From Thermoanaerobaculia bacterium (GTDB lineage: Bacteria; Acidobacteriota; Thermoanaerobaculia; Multivoradales; JAHEKO01), in the NCBI GenBank assembly GCA_049664225.1, contig JBATEX010000133.1:919-64918 (forward strand): DNA of 64,000 bases, read 5' to 3'. The notes below the pieces were generated by a model. The model worked only from the letters and a program-made list of their open reading frames with translations, did no database searches and had not been told where the DNA came from. Shown here piece after piece: positions 60,680-64,000 of the stretch. Every line of letters begins with the position of its first letter. Within the stretch, counting starts at the first letter, position 1. Position numbers and translations under genes: made by a program.

Positions 60680-62454
60680 TGGTCGGTCTTCCGTTCAGGC
60701 AGGGACAAGCCGGTAACCGAAAAGACCTGAGTGCTGTCTGCGGCGCCGGGCATCCTCAACCTCACATCATAGAAATTCTGCTCCGCCTCATCCCACCAGG
60801 CTGGATGGCGCGCGACCGGATCGAGGCCGCCGACATGGAACGCTACCCGGCCGTTTGGCTGTAGTACCATGTTACCCAACTCTCCTCCCCCCACCTCGAG
60901 CTCCGGCTCCGCACCACCGCCGAACTCGAAGTACACGGAATCGAGTGGCAACGGAGCGGCAATCAGCAGCTCTGCCGGCTTGCCGCCCTCCATCTGCCAC
61001 CTTCCATCGCCCTGCAGCCTGACCGTGTTTCGCAGCGATCGGACCCAGGCACCTCGACCGAGAATCTCACCGAAACCGGGGAGGGGGCGCTGACTGGTCT
61101 CCAACGGCAGATAGCTCGCAACGAAGCTTTTGGCGTGTTGCAGGCTGCCATCCGAATCGACAGGCGAACCGGCAGGTGTGAGCCACACTGGATAGAGGAA
61201 CAGGCCTGCGAGGGCGGCCGTGATACCAAGCCACTGAGGCCGAGGTTGGCTCGCCGGCACGAACCACAGCGCCCCGAACAAAGGCACGAACCACCGATTT
61301 CCGATGGCCGTCGGGCCGCCGGCGAAATCGAATGGCGACAGCAGGGCAATCAGCCCGATGGCTAGCCAACAGATTGCCACCAGACTGGAACGTCCGGAGC
61401 CCCTGGTCCAGAGACCCAGGACGAGAACCGTTGGCAAGAAGTAGGGCAACAATCCCAGGTGCCGCCCGGCGATCGAGTAGGCGACATTCCAAGCCGTCAA
61501 TCGACCGCTGATGCGAACGGGGAAGGGCCTTCCCGGTGCCGCCTCGAAGGGGCTCGAGAGCGACTTCCCAGCGAGGTCACCGAGCGGCTCTCGGCCCAAC
61601 GGCTCGGCAGCCAGAAGAACCGAAGACGATGGCTCTGGAAAGGGCATCTGCCAACTGCCGGCCCTGTTCCACTCGATCAGTCCGGAGAGGGCCAGAACCG
61701 CAAGCAGGCCTGCAGACAAGCAGGCCAGGGCGGCCCGCCGGTTGTCGCGCGGAGCCGCAGCGACGGCAGGCAGGGCCAGGAGAATGTAGACGGGATTGAA
61801 AGCTGCCATCAGGCCCAGCAATAGACCCGCGGCCCCCCACCGCCATCCCACCCTGGCCCTGGTGGGCAGAGGCCTGTACATGTCAGACGGCCCTTCCGAG
61901 ACCGGCTCTTCCAGGCCAAAAACCAGAAAGAATGTCGACACGGACAGGGCCAGCAGGAAAATCGGCGGCTCGGCGACCTGCAGGTAGCGAAACACGACCG
62001 AAGTGAACAGGAACAGGCCGACGAGCCATGGCGCCGACCAGCCGAGCCTCATATGGAGGCGGCGACTCGCCAGGCCGACCGCCAGGCAGAGCAGCATCAG
62101 ATTCGCTACCGTAGGTCCTCTCGCCGGCGCCAGACGAACGAAAGGTGCCAGGTAGGCGGAATAGAAGACGGGACGGGCGAAAACCGGCTCTTCGTCGAGA
62201 CGTCCATTCCGCAGGCTCAGACCCGTGATTTCGACCCCCGCTGAGGCCACCCGCCGACGGTCTTTGGCGTCGAAGACGGCATCCAGATCACGGGCCAGGC
62301 TCTCGGCCTGCAGGACATGGGTCGCCTCCTCACCGATCCAGCGCGGCCACCCGGGCCGATCGAGTACCGCCACGGCGAGACCCCACACGGCAACCACGAC
62401 GACTAGAACAATCGAGTTCCTTCGCCCGCCTGAGCTTGTCCAGAGACTCGTCAT
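60676..62454 (-). CDS. Polytopic membrane protein, possible GT-C-fold glycosyltransferase
   Basis: 592 aa. Many TM helices in the first two thirds, an acidic first-loop segment (IGEEATHVLQAESLA), and a soluble C-terminal domain. Sits next to a GT4 gene. Family assignment is tentative. Confidence 0.5.
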   Translation of the reverse strand: MTSLWTSSGGRRNSIVLVVVVAVWGLAVAVLDRPGWPRWIGEEATHVLQAESLARDLDAVFDAKDRRRVASAGVEITGLSLRNGRLDEEPVFARPVFYSAYLAPFVRLAPARGPTVANLMLLCLAVGLASRRLHMRLGWSAPWLVGLFLFTSVVFRYLQVAEPPIFLLALSVSTFFLVFGLEEPVSEGPSDMYRPLPTRARVGWRWGAAGLLLGLMAAFNPVYILLALPAVAAAPRDNRRAALACLSAGLLAVLALSGLIEWNRAGSWQMPFPEPSSSVLLAAEPLGREPLGDLAGKSLSSPFEAAPGRPFPVRISGRLTAWNVAYSIAGRHLGLLPYFLPTVLVLGLWTRGSGRSSLVAICWLAIGLIALLSPFDFAGGPTAIGNRWFVPLFGALWFVPASQPRPQWLGITAALAGLFLYPVWLTPAGSPVDSDGSLQHAKSFVASYLPLETSQRPLPGFGEILGRGAWVRSLRNTVRLQGDGRWQMEGGKPAELLIAAPLPLDSVYFEFGGGAEPELEVGGGELGNMVLQPNGRVAFHVGGLDPVARHPAWWDEAEQNFYDVRLRMPGAADSTQVFSVTGLSLPERKTDQ

Positions 62455-62457
62455 GAT

Positions 62458-64000
62458 CTACTTCAGAATCCGGTACCACCACGGCCCACCGAGTGAGCGG
62501 AAACCCGCTATCTCGGCAAGATGGGGCTCGACAATCAGCAATCGGCCCCCAAGAGGGCGCCGCACTTCGGCCTCGACAATCATCGACTCCCCAGGGCCCA
62601 CGGGACGGGAAGATCGAAACCAGCGAGGGTCCATCGGCTCTTGTGCCGCTCCACGGCGCCAGTGGATCTGCAGAACGAGGCCACCGGTATCCTCCCTGCT
62701 GGGCAACCACCGAGCCAGACCCGTGTTTCGAAGCTCGACCCGGAGACGGCGTCGCTCGCCTTCCGGCCATGGCTCCTCCGCGCCTTCGACCCTGATCTCG
62801 CCCTCGACGCGATACCAGAACCGGGTCGTCGGCGGTTCCAGGTCGGGCCGCCCAGGCCCTGGAGGGGTCAATTCGCCCAGCTCTCGGCAGGCGTCTGCCA
62901 CCGCCGCCGCGGCCACGGTCGGATCGTGGTGCGATCGGATGTATTCGCGGGCTGCATCGGCCATGCCTTGGAGTCGCTGTCGATTCTTCAACAGGCTACC
63001 GAGCCTCGAGCTCAGAGTTTCTACCTCCGCCTCGCCCAGGGGCACCTTGACCACCACCTCGTCAGGCAACTCGGCCGATTGTGCGTAGTCGGAGACAACG
63101 ACTGGCCGGCCCACCGCCAGGACTCGCAGGAGCGACGCCGAAGTCTCCCCGGCGGTCGGATAGCGCAGATTGACACACAGGTCGCAGGCGCTGATCGCCG
63201 CCTCGAACTCGGCATAGTCGAGGAAACCGGTGATGTGAACCCGATCGGCGACCCCGAGCTCGCGGGCTTCCCTCTCCAATGCGAGGGCCGGTGAGACCTC
63301 GCCTGCGATCACCAGATGGGTCTCCCCCAGGTCCTCGCTTGCCAGCGCGGCAATGACCCGATCCGTGCGCTTGATAGGAGTCTGAAATCCAAAGGAGCCC
63401 AACAAGGCAGTTCCCTCGTCCAAACCGAGACGTCGGCGAAACTCGAGACCCGCCTGGGGATCAGGGCGTTCCGGCAGCGGAACACCCATCGGAACTCTAC
63501 GCACTTGAAGCTCCGGATCGCTCTCGCAGAGGGTCTCGACGGCCCAATCGCTGTGGACGAGGACCCCGCGTTGCAACCGCAGAAGGGTCCGATGGGCGTG
63601 CAAGGCGAAAAGCGCTGCCTGACCGATCTCCCACCATTTTCGGGCCTGGCCCACGGCTTCGCCGACCCAGCCATGATCCGCCTCCAAACGATCGAGATAA
63701 GGCTCGAGCTCGCCGCCCGCCAGGGTCAGCTCTACTGCCAGGTGGTGCAACACCAGATCGTGCAGCGTCAGCACTCCCGGCCGCTCCATGGCCAGAGCAT
63801 CGACCCCCTCGTGGTAGCGGTTGTTGCCCATCTGGTAGAGCGGCAACCGCCCCCCTTCTCCGGTCACTTCCGCCGGTTGCGGACTCCAGCGCTCGATCAC
63901 CGCAGCATCGACCGGCTGACCGGGCAGGCGAATCACCCGCAGGTCGCACAGCTTCTCCAGATTGGGCAAGAGGTCCAGGCTGTAGTCCGCAATGCCTGTA
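62458..64000 (-). CDS. GT4-family glycosyltransferase with extra C-terminal beta-sandwich-like domain (5' end outside the window)
   Basis: The reading frame stays open to the window edge (...GIADYSLDLLPNLEKL). GT-B patterns (VLTLHD, GFQTPIKR, E-x7-E-like region), then a ~130-aa C-terminal extension. Confidence 0.75.
   Translation of the reverse strand, partial: TGIADYSLDLLPNLEKLCDLRVIRLPGQPVDAAVIERWSPQPAEVTGEGGRLPLYQMGNNRYHEGVDALAMERPGVLTLHDLVLHHLAVELTLAGGELEPYLDRLEADHGWVGEAVGQARKWWEIGQAALFALHAHRTLLRLQRGVLVHSDWAVETLCESDPELQVRRVPMGVPLPERPDPQAGLEFRRRLGLDEGTALLGSFGFQTPIKRTDRVIAALASEDLGETHLVIAGEVSPALALEREARELGVADRVHITGFLDYAEFEAAISACDLCVNLRYPTAGETSASLLRVLAVGRPVVVSDYAQSAELPDEVVVKVPLGEAEVETLSSRLGSLLKNRQRLQGMADAAREYIRSHHDPTVAAAAVADACRELGELTPPGPGRPDLEPPTTRFWYRVEGEIRVEGAEEPWPEGERRRLRVELRNTGLARWLPSREDTGGLVLQIHWRRGAAQEPMDPRWFRSSRPVGPGESMIVEAEVRRPLGGRLLIVEPHLAEIAGFRSLGGPWWYRILK

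Noticed and set aside
1-64000. Search for tRNA, rRNA, CRISPR arrays, transposases and prophage genes.
   Set aside because: Intergenic gaps are at most 339 nt, and none shows tRNA-like T-loop or acceptor features or direct-repeat/spacer periodicity. No transposase or phage-like protein is evident in the ORF translations.

Overview
High-GC (by eye about 60-65%) bacterial chromosomal segment, almost entirely coding: about 50 CDS. I saw no rRNA, tRNA, CRISPR array or obvious mobile element. Many adjacent genes overlap by 1 or 4 nt (TGATG / ATGA / GTGA), which suggests long translationally coupled operons. Most content is housekeeping or central metabolism: tatD, fdhD-mobA, plsC, an M16 peptidase pair, a fused E1 alpha/beta 2-oxoacid dehydrogenase, an RND efflux operon (MFP plus two tandem permeases), korAB, xerD, add, coaD, tsaC, recN, proline dehydrogenase, fbaB, and an lpd-E2-lipB...lipA cluster. 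Regulatory genes are a sigma-54 enhancer-binding protein with GGDEF-like and GAF domains, an ECF sigma/anti-sigma/PDZ trio, an orphan CheY-like receiver, a Crp/Fnr regulator and a HAMP-PP2C phosphatase. The stand-out observation is rtcB (52488..53924, minus strand). It is interrupted by a single in-frame TGA exactly at the codon of the conserved metal-bridging cysteine ([17 protein letters not shown]). Both halves are otherwise intact and in the same frame. A stem-loop with a GGUC apical loop, resembling (from memory) the E. coli fdhF SECIS, lies 14-34 nt downstream of the TGA. This makes it a candidate selenocysteine-containing RNA ligase. It sits next to its activator archease, and the pair is wedged between lipB and lipA. 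Lesser observations include a GGDEF domain in the sigma-54 activator with a degenerate active site but an intact RxxD I-site, a 23-bp perfect inverted repeat downstream of the RND operon, an S55 (SpoIVB-like) peptidase paired with a large beta-propeller protein, an orphan BoxB/PaaA-like di-iron oxygenase, and a 17-bp palindrome upstream of the crp-like gene. All calls rest on motif recognition in the supplied translations and on reading the DNA; no database search was possible.
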